Assembly: GCF_000150275.1 (NCBI RefSeq)
Contig: NW_002060964.1
Coordinates: 611,643-675,642, forward strand
Direction: 5' to 3'
Length of the DNA stretch: 64,000 nucleotides
DNA from: Trichoplax adhaerens
Taxonomy: Eukaryota > Animalia > Placozoa
Shown: in pieces, positions 35,201 to 49,300 of the stretch
Position numbering within the stretch: position 1 is the stretch's first letter
Layout of the letters: the number at the start of each line of letters is the position of its first letter
Translations under genes and position numbers: made by a program
The notes under the pieces: generated by a model
Seen by the model: the letters and a program-made list of their open reading frames with translations, nothing else
Database searches by the model: none
Told to the model about the DNA's origin: nothing

Positions 35201-38200
35201 TACAGTATCAAGAAAATATTATTTTTCAAGTTTCTATTTTTAAGAAAAATATAAAAAACTGGAAGTTAACACGATATCGTTATATCAAAATGACCTTGAA
35301 ATCGTGATCTGAATTGATAAACAATTCTTGAAACGTGCTCAAATCTCACCCAATCCATCTGCCTCCCATGACTTTACATACTGTAGATCAACTCCATTAT
35401 AATAACTGATTTCTCACCGATTAACTAATCATGGATAGCAGAGTGTATTGAATAAAGCAGAATAAATTTGTCTAATAGCGTTACACTTTTACAACTACAG
35501 CTTGCAATTAATAAAAACTTTTTTGGCAGGGTGGCATGGTGTTCATATTGGATGGCGTATATAACATTAGCAAAATAAAGTCACGTCTAGATCTATTTTC
35601 AAAATGCATCAATTTCATTCTGTTTATTATAATTTCATATCATACCCGTTTATCGAAAGTCTATTTCTTAATATGTTCAATTGGATGTAGTACAGGCTTC
35701 TTTCTTCTCTCAATTTCAACAGAAGCTTCCGTAATTAGAAGGTCTGCATAGAACGAGGCTAATATACAAATTGAAGGAATCTGTGACCTAACTTGCTTGC
35801 GACAAACCTATTTATTACTATAACAATATAAATCGAGTCGACTCTATAGTACTATAAGCTTTGGATCGAATGTATTTGCTCTTGACGACCTCCTGTATTC
35901 GTATATCAGGTAGTAAGGAAGAACAATAACCAACGAATTGAATAGGATATGTCTAGATTGGGTGACATTTTTATTATTATTTTTACCTTTTTTTCTATCT
36001 TTTCCCTCTCTCTCAGCTAACTGACACGCCCATTTGTCATCAAAAACCAAGACATATATTTACTCCTAATTAATCATTATAGCATACCAATGGATTGATG
36101 AATATCACGCATGCTTAATCAAGAAGTAGTTGATGGAGTATAAATACTGTTAGCAAACATTGAAGAAGTGAATGACAGGTTGAAGGCTAATAGCAATTAT
36201 TCAATAGCCATATATTTTTATCATCTATCATCAACAAGGTGGCCTGTCATGATTTAATATTTTGATGATGTAGCACTAATATGTAGTCTACTTATTGCAA
36301 CTTGCAGTCACTCTTAATAAGTATCAAATAACATCATTTAATCTCTCTCGATGTTCATAACCATGCAAGTACTATAATTTTGCTAATGATTAACTATTAC
36401 CGTGCCAATACAAGGCCTTTCCTTACACTCCAAAATGAGAGACTATGATATTAGCATCTCTATTCAATTGTCTATTAACTTGGACTAATGTATAATGTAA
36501 TAATTAGTATTGAACCGGTGATCAAGACAACAGTTAATTAGTTTATCATTTTATCTTTTGCCGAGGATCAGTTGTGGTAATACGAGTTACTCAAGATAAG
36601 GGTTTAACATCATTATTATCATCTTGCTGATCATTCTAGAATCTCAGAACTACTAACTTCTGATATGCTCCTCAATATTTTACACTATATGCCCTTATGG
36701 GACCTGTCTTGGTTTTGTGCTATTTATTTCTTCGTTTTCCAAATATCAGTCACGCGAGTATATAACGATTAATATACAAGTTATAGAGACACAATTTTAC
36801 TGTCATCTTATTAATTTGGCAAATCCTGAGCTAATAACTACTTACGTTACTGTTATACTCGTACATCTCCTTTACTACAGCCAAGTAGATAATCTGTTAA
36901 ACTCGAAAATTTTACATACGACTGTAACACAGGTAACATTAGTTGACATTTGAACATGGGTTACGGCAAATATTAATTTCATCCATACTTCATAATCAAT
37001 GTTATCATGTAAAGCTCATTCCAAAATGTCTGAGTTATTAGTATAACTAGTCATAGTCAACAATAGCATCTCATTACTATGCAATTCGGATATACAGCAA
37101 GTCATCGTCATACATGCCATTAGTATCCTTCTCTCTTGGCTTATTAACTTCACCTTAGAATCTCTTTTAATTTAGATATGAGTTAACAAATCCAACTTTT
37201 TACACAATTATCTGTTAACTAACCCGATATTTTTGCCATGAATTGGATTTAAATGATAAAATAATCCTGCTGACTTAATCTTTAGACTCTATTGGTGTTT
37301 ACGGTCACAATAAATCCAGATACCTCCACATTACGGTTTATCATGATAGTTATCGTATTCTTGATTAAAATGTAACTCAACAGCATCATCCATGCAGTGT
37401 AGTGGATAAGTATTCAGTACAATACACCTATTTTATAACTAAATCCAGGCTTTCATTTGCTGTTACCTTTTCATCACTTCTATGCTATTGATTTTAATCA
37501 AGGTTGATCCTCACATTTTCTATATGGACATAATTCGAAATGATAATCAATCATTGCTCTATTAGATCACGATCAGTTTCAATAAATGAACACTTTGACT
37601 TGTATTATTAAATTGTTCAACGGTAAATTGTCTATCAAATCAAATTACCGTGTATTATTAATTCGAAAAATTATATATCATATTCTCACTCATTAGCGTA
37701 ATTATAAAGCAAATGTTCGATCACTATATTATTTAATCATAATTACAGTTGTACTAAATCATTAAGCACTCGATTTGGCTAACTATGGGCTATAATCGCC
37801 TGAGTGAGTCAATTATCATGCTGTTGTATCATTTTCGTTACCTGTTGAAACTATTACGCCATTGCAATTAATTGGTAAATAAAAGTCAAACTGTATGACA
37901 TATAAGCCCAATCATAACTATCCATCTCAAAACTAGTGATATAAGAATATGATAGTATCATAGAGCAAATGCATATAAGAATGGATTGTATTTTTAATAT
38001 CGTCTTAATTGACAACCAATAACAAAGGCAACACTGTAGTTGTTTTTCAGTTTGGCTGTTGCATACCATACTAAAATTGCATCACTTCATATTGTACCGA
38101 TATATTAGCTATGGGGTAGAATAACATACCATAATAAGTGTATTAGGATTTAATGCTAGTATAGATTGTAATTCAAATGATTAAAGGCTCGCAATATGAC

Positions 38201-40342
38201 CCTATTGTTATCATCACTTGAATACGTGCCTTGAGGGACTTTAATTTTTAAGTACAAAGCAACTAATTAATTCAAGTACAAATAATGATAAACTCTCTTT
38301 CTAATGGTGTATTAGAGGCATACTTGTACTCAATGTAATAACCTCATGAACTAAACATCATTTCTTACTAGTATTTCTATTACGCTCTTTTCATCGTTTT
38401 AATCATTATTATGAGCTGCTATGGTTTAATAAAATACGGGCTTTGTACTAGCTAACTAGATTGAAATATATGTGTTATGGTCATTCTAAGTTGGCAATGA
38501 ACTGTTATCCTTTTAGACCGCTGTATGTAACATTTTCTCACATTCTTACGACTGATAAACTATTTTTCAAGTTGAAAATCGTAAGAGTAATAACATGATT
38601 CTTTTTTAATGTAAACTAGCTGCAGTATTTCCTTAAGCATGGCCAGTAAAACACCAAATATGAATTATAGTTAATAGGGTTTGATAAAGACGTGCAATAT
38701 AGTCCGATTCTTGATGATGCCAATTCCGAGAAAAAAGAAAGCTCGTCAGTATTCTTGTCCATCTTAGCAATTATATCTATCTATTGACTATTCTACTAAA
38801 AATATTGGTAATAGCAGCTTTAAGCGAAGGTTATCTACGCGTACTTTTATGAGCAATTATGGCCCATTATTGGTTTGCTTTGCTAGAATATTCATTAATT
38901 TTAGAGGAAAGAACGCTCTATTTTACTCATTCCTAAGATGTTTTACTAAAACATTAGTATGTAATTAACATTACGATATTACCGCACTTAATACAGCAAG
39001 CTATATAAGTAATGAGTAATTAATTAATCGACCAAAGTGTTGCGGCTATGAGAGTATTCTACACCCAATCACGAAAATAATCTAATAAGAACATTAATGA
39101 ACTCCAAAGTTAATCCCTCCCTAAAGGCAACTAAGAATTATCATCTACTATTGTGTTAAAGCAATACTATTAGCTATCTACCAGTTTAACAGCTACACAT
39201 TTCGGTGGAATTTGGTAGATAGCGTCCTCAATCCACAATAATAATAAAAGGGAACTAAATATCATTGATTACGTTAGTGTGTCGGCATGATTAATATACA
39301 GTAAATCAACAATAGCATTAATATTTAGAGCACAGTACAGTACGTTCGTATCTATGAAATTATTAAGATCTAAAATGAAAATTACTTGCCTAGTTATCAA
39401 TCTATGGTATAATTATACATGATTCACTTACAAAATAGCATAAATATTTCTCTATACCTCGCTGAAGTCTGCCATACTTTTATGCCTGAATTGCTAATAA
39501 AATATAGGAATCAGACAAGCTCATATAATACTTGCGTATTTTACAAAGTGCAAAGTAGATGGCCAACTTATATCGATCAAATATTAAGGTCCTATAATAC
39601 GGTAATCAAATGGACCCATACCTTAATATTTAACTCTGCAACGATGAATCATCATCCAATCTAGTGACATTGTGACAAACAATATCTCGGTTGCTAACAA
39701 GATTTATCTTCCTGTAGATTCTAGCGATCATATCTTTCTGATTATTCTTAGGTTACTTAATTACATAGTATTAACTCGATTCCGATTATACTCAGACTAT
39801 AGCATGATCAATGTGCAACTTTTTATTGGATGTTCGTTCTCGTCTGCACGAGATTGATTAGGATAAAAACAAGGCCCAGTGCTTCAAACAGATTAAATTA
39901 GGCTGTTTTCTATACGCCACATGTAAAATGTGTTAATTCTCACAATTAATATAAACAAGACTGTCATCGAGGTAATCACTTTGAATATCATTACAGTACT
40001 AAATATTAAACTTACGGTTAAATCACTTAGAATAAATGTATTATATGGGTAATATAAATTTATAAATTAGTAAGAATCTAAAAGCATCGATTTCGCTTTG
40101 CACTGTTATTTATTAATGTATAAAATAAATTGATTTATATAAATCAACAGGAATGTAAAATTAATTTAATATTATGTAGATGCATGATTGCAAAGAAAAA
40201 GATGAAAACAGGCATAATTTAATCATCTAATCAACAAGATCACCCTAAATCGCTATTTGAGTAGGAAAGGCACTCATTACTGTTTATCGATAATGTAGAT
40301 GATGGAATTTCTTATAAAGTAGTTCGGATTATTCGCAGATCC

Positions 40343-43300
40343 TTACTTCTTTTTAAAGAAATTTAATCTCTTTAGCGGGGATTTCTCATCGGAATTAAGA
40401 GGACTAGTAGATGCTGCTTCATCACTTCCTGGTAAGACTACTTCAATATTGCTCGTAGATCTTGGACTACTAGTGCCATCGCCTTGTGACCCGCATCCCT
40501 TATCGTCAGAAGTATCAGTGCAGGTGAGTAATATGTTGTCTATCCAACGGCACATATCCTCCTAATAACGCAAGCATAAATGAAAATGATAAAGAGTTCT
40601 TAAATTTTTAAGTTATCCATAGTGTTATATTATTGACAGGCAGGCCGTAAAACTTACATTATTCGTTGCTTGAAATAGGTACTGACTTCCGTCTCGCAAC
40701 CTACAGACCACCAATACTATATTAATGTAGCCAAAAATTAATATGTAACATCCACAAACCTCAATCTGAAAACATTCTTTCGTTTTTTATAGTCACTAGC
40801 CACGCTGCATCTACAGTCTGTCACCGACAATGGCGATACGTGATACAAGAGTATTCCCTAAATATGCAATAAAATTACGTTAATTTAAGAATAATATCTA
40901 TAACCCACAACAATGCCCCCGATCTAAATCATAAATAGATAAGTACATTAAGGCATACTATAATAACTACCGCATCATGAACATAGCCGTAGTGTCAAAA
41001 ACTGATTCGATTTATTAATTAGAATATAACATTTCGTGATATTAACACATTACAATAGCACCTGAATTGACTTACTTTGTGATACTGCTTTCTGTCTTTA
41101 TAAAATAATATTTCTCTATTCTGGAGTGCCGCATAAAGCCTGGTCCATGATCTGTAACGGAAATTAAAGTTTACTGAAGCTTGTTCATAGAAATAACTTT
41201 CCGGCTTTTGCTTCGAACATCAAACATTAGCGTCAACTTTAATAGATATCATCACCTCTTCTCAGCCCTTTTCCCTCCACTTGCAATTTCATGCTTACGA
41301 TTAATAATGCCACGTACAATCGACTCATCATTATTTTTTTCGTAATCAGATGGCACGTCAGATGATAACTCAGAGCCACTACGACGCCACAAACGATACA
41401 AGAAAATAATATCAACATACAGCGTAATTTCAGCATGCAATCTAGGATACTCCATAATCAAACCTTTTGTTAACTCTTGGCCCTGTCAGCCCAAAAAATT
41501 CATCTTTAGTTTGTTTAATAGTACCCGCGGCATTGTCACTTATGCCGCTATCTTCTGTATCTGTATCCTTAACGGTATCCAGCTGAGGTTTCTTTGAAAA
41601 TCGAGGCTGCATGCTTTTAGATCTACCAAATTTCTTATTAAGCCCTTTCTCAGATTTGGTTTCTGCAACATTTCCATGCTGATTATCAGGAATATCAGAC
41701 ATATCGTCACTTTCGCCTGGAATTTCGATAATCAAGTATTGTTCATCTGGAATCTGCTCCTTTGCAAGTTCCTTATCGGTAGTATTAGAAATAGATGCTT
41801 CTTGATGATCCTGCGACCATTCAAAGCATGACATTAGCTACCTACAATCCCTATCAAATTCTAAGTTTCACATCCTCAAACATAAGTTTACATAACATTA
41901 CCTCCCGAATTTCTTGGCTTTCACTTACAGTATCGAGTTCATTCAATATATCTTGTCTAGCCCTCAGTAATTCTTCTCTTTTCAACGCTAACTCTTCTAC
42001 AGTAATTCGGATGAACAAAACACATTAGAATAACACTGAATGAGTGGTACTATCAATGTTAGGACTACCATTAGCAGCTGCTATAGTATTCAACAAACCT
42101 TCTAAGGCGTTCCTATCTTCATTTAAATCTAACTGAGCAAAAATGTCTTTGTCCCTGTTTTCGTACGTATGAAGCTTCAAAAACTTTTGTAAATCTTCTC
42201 TTTCTTGTAAATAAATTCGATATTGTTCGTTACGGTATTTGGTCATAATACGTTCCTGTTCATCAATAGCTTCCTTTTCGTACTATATTTCAGGATAAAA
42301 TTTCGAAATATTGTTTTTGAACGCAATTCATTACATGTGCTTTTACTGGGTTACTTATGGGTACCTTTGTGATTTCTGCAACTTTATTAAAGCGAGCTTC
42401 TTGTGCAGAAAGGCCAATGGTTAGCTCATAATACCCCTTAAGGATTTCATCAAATCTGTCTAAACACTGTTCATCAATAGAAATTAATGAGCAGGAGAAT
42501 TATCTCATTGAAATACTATACTATAGCCATAGACATGACATGTCCATACCTTAACATCATCATAAATCACGGAATTAGATTCTATTCCACATAACCACTT
42601 ATCTCCTTGACTCATGTCCTCCTCCAATATTAGAACTCCAAGTACTAGGTTATTTTTACAAGCATGGAAGGTTACGCTATAATAATAAGACTGTACTACA
42701 TAAACACAAAACTATCGTACTTAGTTCTAATTCGCGATAATGCAATTCCCAATCCAATCTCAAATCTTTGTGTACTTGCTGCAAAACGTCCAGCTTCTTG
42801 ATAATCTATAGTCGGATTACAAAATAATGTTTGCATATTGATAAAGGTTCAGTAACTGTACACATTTCAGACTTTCCACCCAACCTCTATGCACACTGTT
42901 GGAGTACCTTATCTACCTTCAAATATGAAAAATAGTCTAAGCACTAGCCTCATTTCCTAAATAATGATTCTTGTTAACAAGGCTATTTGCAAATTCTGAA
43001 ATTTCATCCAACTTTACAGTACATCCTTCTATCTCTTCCTTAATAACTTCCATGTAGCTCATTAATTTCGTACAGGACTGTGCATTACTGAAAGTGATAG
43101 AAACCTTCGTTAAAAATTTGGGTAAACATTTTACAAGCAAACAAAATCAAATGAGTGCACTCTGGTAAATCACAAATTATCTTTCATTATTTTGAAAATT
43201 GCACCAGGAAACATGATACTGAAATATCCACAGTAAGAATTTTAGGAAATTATGTGCAGAAGTTCTTATTTAATAATACGGATCAATTGCACAATACTAT

Positions 43301-46300
43301 TTGCTATAAATTCTCTTATAATATGTTTAAAAAGAAATCCAATAGAATAGCTACAAAATCTAGACGGCAACCAGTACCTTGGGTCTTCCAAGCTATTTAT
43401 ATCATCGTACATGTCATTTATCCATAAAGCATGATTCTCAACCAAAAGTAATAGCCTAAATAGATCTAGAGTTTGTTCTAGCTGCGACTTCCTCCAATTG
43501 CACTTATCTTTTAGAAGTTCCCAAGCATCTGAAATTTTACCATGTAGCTCATCAATTGCCTGTTTCTCATTCGGGAAATCCACTTTCAGTTGCGCAGCGT
43601 ATTCTTGTAGGTTATTATACTTATAGCATAGCAAAGAACAAATGTCGAGTTCATGCTAAGTTGTGTGCTTGTTATTATATTTATTAATTAATTTTAAATG
43701 TTAGAATTATAATGATAACTATAATATATGCACCTCTAATTCTATCCCCAGGACATCAGACTGGACAATACTATGACGATGCAATAAGCATTCGGTTGAA
43801 TCAAAATTATTTCCTAAGTCGTCAGGTAAGCACTGTCCTTTTGTCTATAACGAAATATAAAGTATAACAAAAAATATTTGGTCTATCTATTCCTTAGCTG
43901 AGGTAAATGCAGCGCGAGAAACTATTCGAAACAATATCGACGAACCCTAATACGATGTAAGAAGTCGTTACCAGCAGCGTAGTGATCACGAATCGTAGCT
44001 ACATTTTCTATGTTCTACTCCAACAAAATTTGACAAAGTTTTCAAGTATTTTGTCAGTTTACGCGGTATGGCCGCAACTCTGTAAGTATACTGTAGATCA
44101 GAATCTTCAAATTAATATCATTACCTTTGTTCTTTCCTGAATCGTCTCAAGTAGCTGGTTCCATAAATCGTTAATTCCAGACTTCCACTCACAAATAGTT
44201 GCTGCTTCAGGATGACCAGTTATTATAAGCTGATCCGCAATTAAGTTGACTTCTTTCACTTTACTTACACCAGAATTTTTAGTATTTACCACCCAAGAAT
44301 GAAAGGTTTCTGCAATCCGCTGTGGAAGTATAATTCACATAGGTTACAATGTAATGCTGTACAATAATATAGTAATAAATTAATTTAAGTCTTCTACTAA
44401 AACACTTTTCGTACCTGTATTTGCTCTAGATTACTACCATAGTCTTTAGATTTCGAAAATACTTCTCGCTCTTTAATCCACTGTTCAACTTCATCTACCT
44501 ATAAATATAGTACCTCAGTTACGACATAACCATGAAACAATTATGTTTTTCTTTGATTCTATCAATCTTACTTCCGAATTATATCGATAAAACCGTAATA
44601 ATTCATCGATAAAATTTCGCCGCTCTGACGCCAAAATTAGCAAGCTATTATATGAATCATCAATTACGTCCAGGGCTTCTACGATCTCCTTACTATGAGC
44701 ATAATAAGTAGCACGTTGTAATGACCAGTATTTACTTACAACTCTCACTTGAAAATTACTAACCTCTTAATCGTACTTTGGTCAAGAAAAGCTTGGCCAG
44801 ACTGATGGAGTGATTTTATATTTTGTGCATAACTTTTCACAGACTGCTCCAAAAGTTCGTGATGCTTCATCATAGACATCGCTCTGATTTGGTCCTAAGG
44901 CGTTTTGATAGACAAACAGTATTTACATATAAATGATAGAAATTTTGTGAATGAACTTGTGAGGATTAACCTTGGGCTTATCTTTAGTAATCAATATTGC
45001 TGCTTTCTCCATGATCCATCCTTCCATTTCCTCAGTATCGAAGAGTAACTAAGGTAGAGTAATTTATCTCGTATATCAAAAATTGATCGCTTGTGTTATA
45101 TTATGAATCATTAATTAATGAGATTATCAGATTAAAAATATACCTACAATTGCGTACATTTTAATTCAATAATGAACATATTTAAGTTACATTTATAAAT
45201 ACCTTATGAGCCGTAGCCGATTGTTCTATGATTGCTTCTCGTTCTCTACTACAAATTTCTAACTCCAGCCACTTCTCTTTCAATAGTTCAGTATTATGAC
45301 GTATTTTGTCAGCAGAAGAATCAGCATCAGAGATTACTTTAGATCCAGATTTAAATATCTCATTGATTATTTGTTCATGTACTCTTATTTCGTTTTGTAT
45401 ATTCTGTTATGGACAAAAATCATAAATTAATAGATTTATGTTAAGTTAATTATAAATAGCGCAAATAGATATACTTTATTCTACCTGTTGTACAGTCCTA
45501 AGGATCTGCACCTCGTGCAAATTATTACCAGTTTCATTTGATTGCAGTTGTTGCTTTTTATCTTCAATCCATAACTAATAAATTTTTCATGTATTTAAGA
45601 GATCAATTTGGTACCTTACAATTATTTATACTTGTATGAATAGACAAACCAATTCATCATCGACATCACGATAAAACTGAAACATGCGACGCGATGCTTC
45701 AAGTAGCTTTCTTCGTTCTTTAAGTGGTCGCTGTAGAGCTGCATACCTACGAATAAAAAATTATATCACCTCCGAGAAGACAGCTTATACGTGCAGTAAA
45801 TAAGTTCTATTAGCACACCTTTGAGATACGCTTTCGAACAAATCTTGCATATCGTCCGCACCCCGGTGATTTATGTCTAAAAAATTTTGTACTTGTTGCT
45901 CCAGTTGATCTAGGCGGTCTTTACGAGAGATAATGTCACTTTCTAGAGACTTTATTCAAGAATTAATAACAGTAAAAGCTTAAAATGGTTAAGATCTCTA
46001 ATTACGTATTTTTACAATTAATGATAAGATTATACCGTAAGCTTTGTCATTGACTTATTACAAGATGCGAGATCTTTGCAAGTTTCCATATTTGCGAGCG
46101 TATTTTCAGCATCTGACATCCAAGCTTGCAGATTATCAATTATTCGAATGAATTGAACTTCATTATACCTATCGGTTAAAAGTTGACTCCTTGTAGAACA
46201 TGCATCCATTAACGTAATCCATCGATCTTCTATATCAGTAAGATGAATCTCCACTTCAGGTCGCGCATCTGGCTGATCCTGTACAAGAGATTTTCCTAAT

Positions 46301-49300
46301 TCGTTAACAACATTTTTTTGATCTCTAGTGGCAGCAAGTTCAGCTTCGAAAGTGCGATGCTTTTGCAGTAGCCTTGATATATAAGCTTGGTCGGTCACAA
46401 TGTCACCAGAAATTATATTAAACTTTTCATTTATCCAATCTATTAGTTCATTGCATCGTTGATAAAAGCTCTGTAAATGAACAGCTTTATCTAACCGGAA
46501 AGCAATCTCAGTAAAAAGCCCGCGATTTCGCTCGACTCTCTCTGATAATGTAGCTGCTTTCGACATTAAGCTTTCCTTTGCATAATGGTCATCATCCACC
46601 GAAAGCTTTGCAAACTGGTCCGCTTGTGCAACTCGTTGAATGCAAGAGTCTAGTCCTCTAGAATAATCTTTCTGCCGTATAGTAAGTTCCTGCAAGTCGG
46701 CTAACGATACCAGATGTTCAGCACTACTTTTTAAATGTTGATCGTCCTTATTCTTCAACTGATTAGCAGATTTATTCGATGTACCTAATTCTGTCATAAC
46801 CTCAGCTAAAAACACATCTTGCTTCTGAAGGATACCTTCAATATATTTGCAATCACGTTGAAATATTAAATATTGTTGGATCTGCTGTAATAGAACTTTC
46901 CGTTTGTGGCACAGGCTGTCTAAATCATTCCAATCATGATTAATGTCTTCTACACGTTGTTCCAGACGCCTACCAGCCGCATCACCAGTATAATGCATTG
47001 GTGCAGTAGAATTGATTCGATCTAGAATTATTTTACGATTCGTAAACTCCTCTAAAAGTTCATTATGCTCCGCTTGCAGTTTTTCTACATCGGGAAGAGA
47101 ATTTAGACCATCGGTTTCTAAGCTTAATTGCCCTAATTGGAATTTTAACCAATCCTCCAAGTCTTCCACATCAAACATTAACTTTTGAATATTACTGCAT
47201 TCCCCAATAGTCGCTATCTGATTTCGAACCAGATTTCGTAAATCATCCCAGACTTCGTACAAGCTATCTAGTTTATCATTCACAATTTCTAATTTATCAG
47301 GTTGTTCTTCAGCTAATGCGTCTCTTTTCGATTCTACATCTTCAATTCTTTCTTCGATAGCCGGCGTTTCTCTCTCAATAACATTTATTTGTCGTTGCAT
47401 TTGAAGAACTGCTGCAGGATCAGTTGTGTATGAACAACTGCTTAGCCCTGTTCCTTTATCAGCTATCCAATTTTTCACTTCATCGACTTCATAGAATAGT
47501 CGCAATAAAATCAGCAACTTTGAAAGTTCTTCTTTTTTCAGTCCGTGTAATTCCAGTAAACGAATCCATTTTTCATTTAGTTCACCTTGAGCGTTAGCAA
47601 TTTCATCATTACCATCAGTGATTTGAACCGCTAAATCATTTCCAGCTTTCAAAGTGTTATTATACCTATCTTGATACGTTACTATATCTCTTTCAATACC
47701 TTTAAATTTTTGTAATATCAACTCAGCTTCAATTAAGTTAGTAGGAGGCTCAAATGAAAATAGTACGGCTTCTTTATCTCCAATCCAAGAAAATACGATA
47801 TCAATTTCGCTCAAGTATCTAAATAAAGATTGCTGTGCAATCAATTTTTCACGACGATAACCAACTTCAGCCATTAATACTTGGTACTTTTCAGTAATAA
47901 CAGCTTTCTTCCCAAGAGCCATTTCAAAAGATTGATCGTTTGGATTTAAGTCGTCCGCCATATTATCCAGTAAATGCAGTTGGTCTTTGTAGTTTTCAAC
48001 TTCAAATTCAAGATTAGCATGATGCTTTAGCAGAGAATCTATGTTATCTTCATCGATTCTGTTTTGATCTACAGATAATAAACCAGTATGAAGTGATATT
48101 TGGCCTTCTAAGTAATCGGCTTCAGAAAGAAATTGTTGCATCGACAATATTTCGGCGATTCTATCTTTACGTTTGCTCATGGAGTCGACTAGATTATTCC
48201 ATGCTGATGCTAGATTGTTAATTTTGGATAAAATCATAGATGAGTCGTAATTATTATTCTTACTTAATTGATTTCCGGTATCGATGATATTCCTTAAAAG
48301 TGTTTCATTATTATTAACCTCTGCCTCTAATGCCTGATGACTACGTAATTTATGAATTACATAGGAGCAATCCGTTGCTTTAGTAAGGTCTGTAAGTGAT
48401 AAAGATTGATTTTTTCCTTTCATCCAATCTAATTCATCATCTACATTTTGATAGAACTGTAAGAGTTGGCGTGAATCCTCCAAGCGAGTCTTTCTAATAT
48501 AGAGCAATTCCGAAATTTGATCGTATAAACGAGATAACGAATTGATTCTCTCCTTCAGCAGATCATTCATTGGATTGCCTAAGTCGAAATTGATAATATA
48601 AAAATTCAACATCGGAGAAATTTGAAAATAAAGTCGCAGTAGATCATTCTAACTATTAAAAAAGTTCACACCATCTTCTTTTGAAGGCGCTTTAAAGTTT
48701 TCAGCCTCGAGTAATGCTCTCGTTAATGGTTCCTCTTGGGCCAAAATCTCATTTTCAAGAATTAAGTTCTTTTGTAAAAGATCCTCTACATCATGTAGCT
48801 CCAATCCATAATCTTCAGACTCTAATGAATTCTATACCAAAGATAGGTAATATTGATTATTTTGTACTATGATCAAGGTAAGAATATATACGTACTATTA
48901 ATCCTCATACCTTGACATCACGCGACCACCCCATAAAATCTTCTAATTCCTGTATATGATCATGTAGTTCGACATGTTGACTTACTTTACCTTCACGAAT
49001 TTTTATTAGTTCCAATAATTCATTCCACAGTATAATCACTTTATCACGCCTAAATGAGGGTTGCATTGCCATTAAGAATTGTAAACAAATAAGAAATCAA
49101 AAAAAATATTTAGTTCTCACTAACTTGTCCTGAATTTTCTGTATGGCATGATAATTGCCTATTTTTAATTCTTGCACCAGGTCTTCCATAGCGCGTATTC
49201 GCTTTTGATACTCGTATACATCGGCTTCAAATGCCTCCTGCTTTTTCAATGCAGCAGATACGGACGAGCCTGAGTCACCAAATATATCGTTATCAACAAG

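Noticed and set aside
32300-40300. Possible hidden gene in the 8-kb spacer between the spectrin paralogs
   Set aside because: Only short, compositionally random ORFs. Probably the 3' UTR of paralog 2 plus 5' UTR exons and regulatory DNA of paralog 1.
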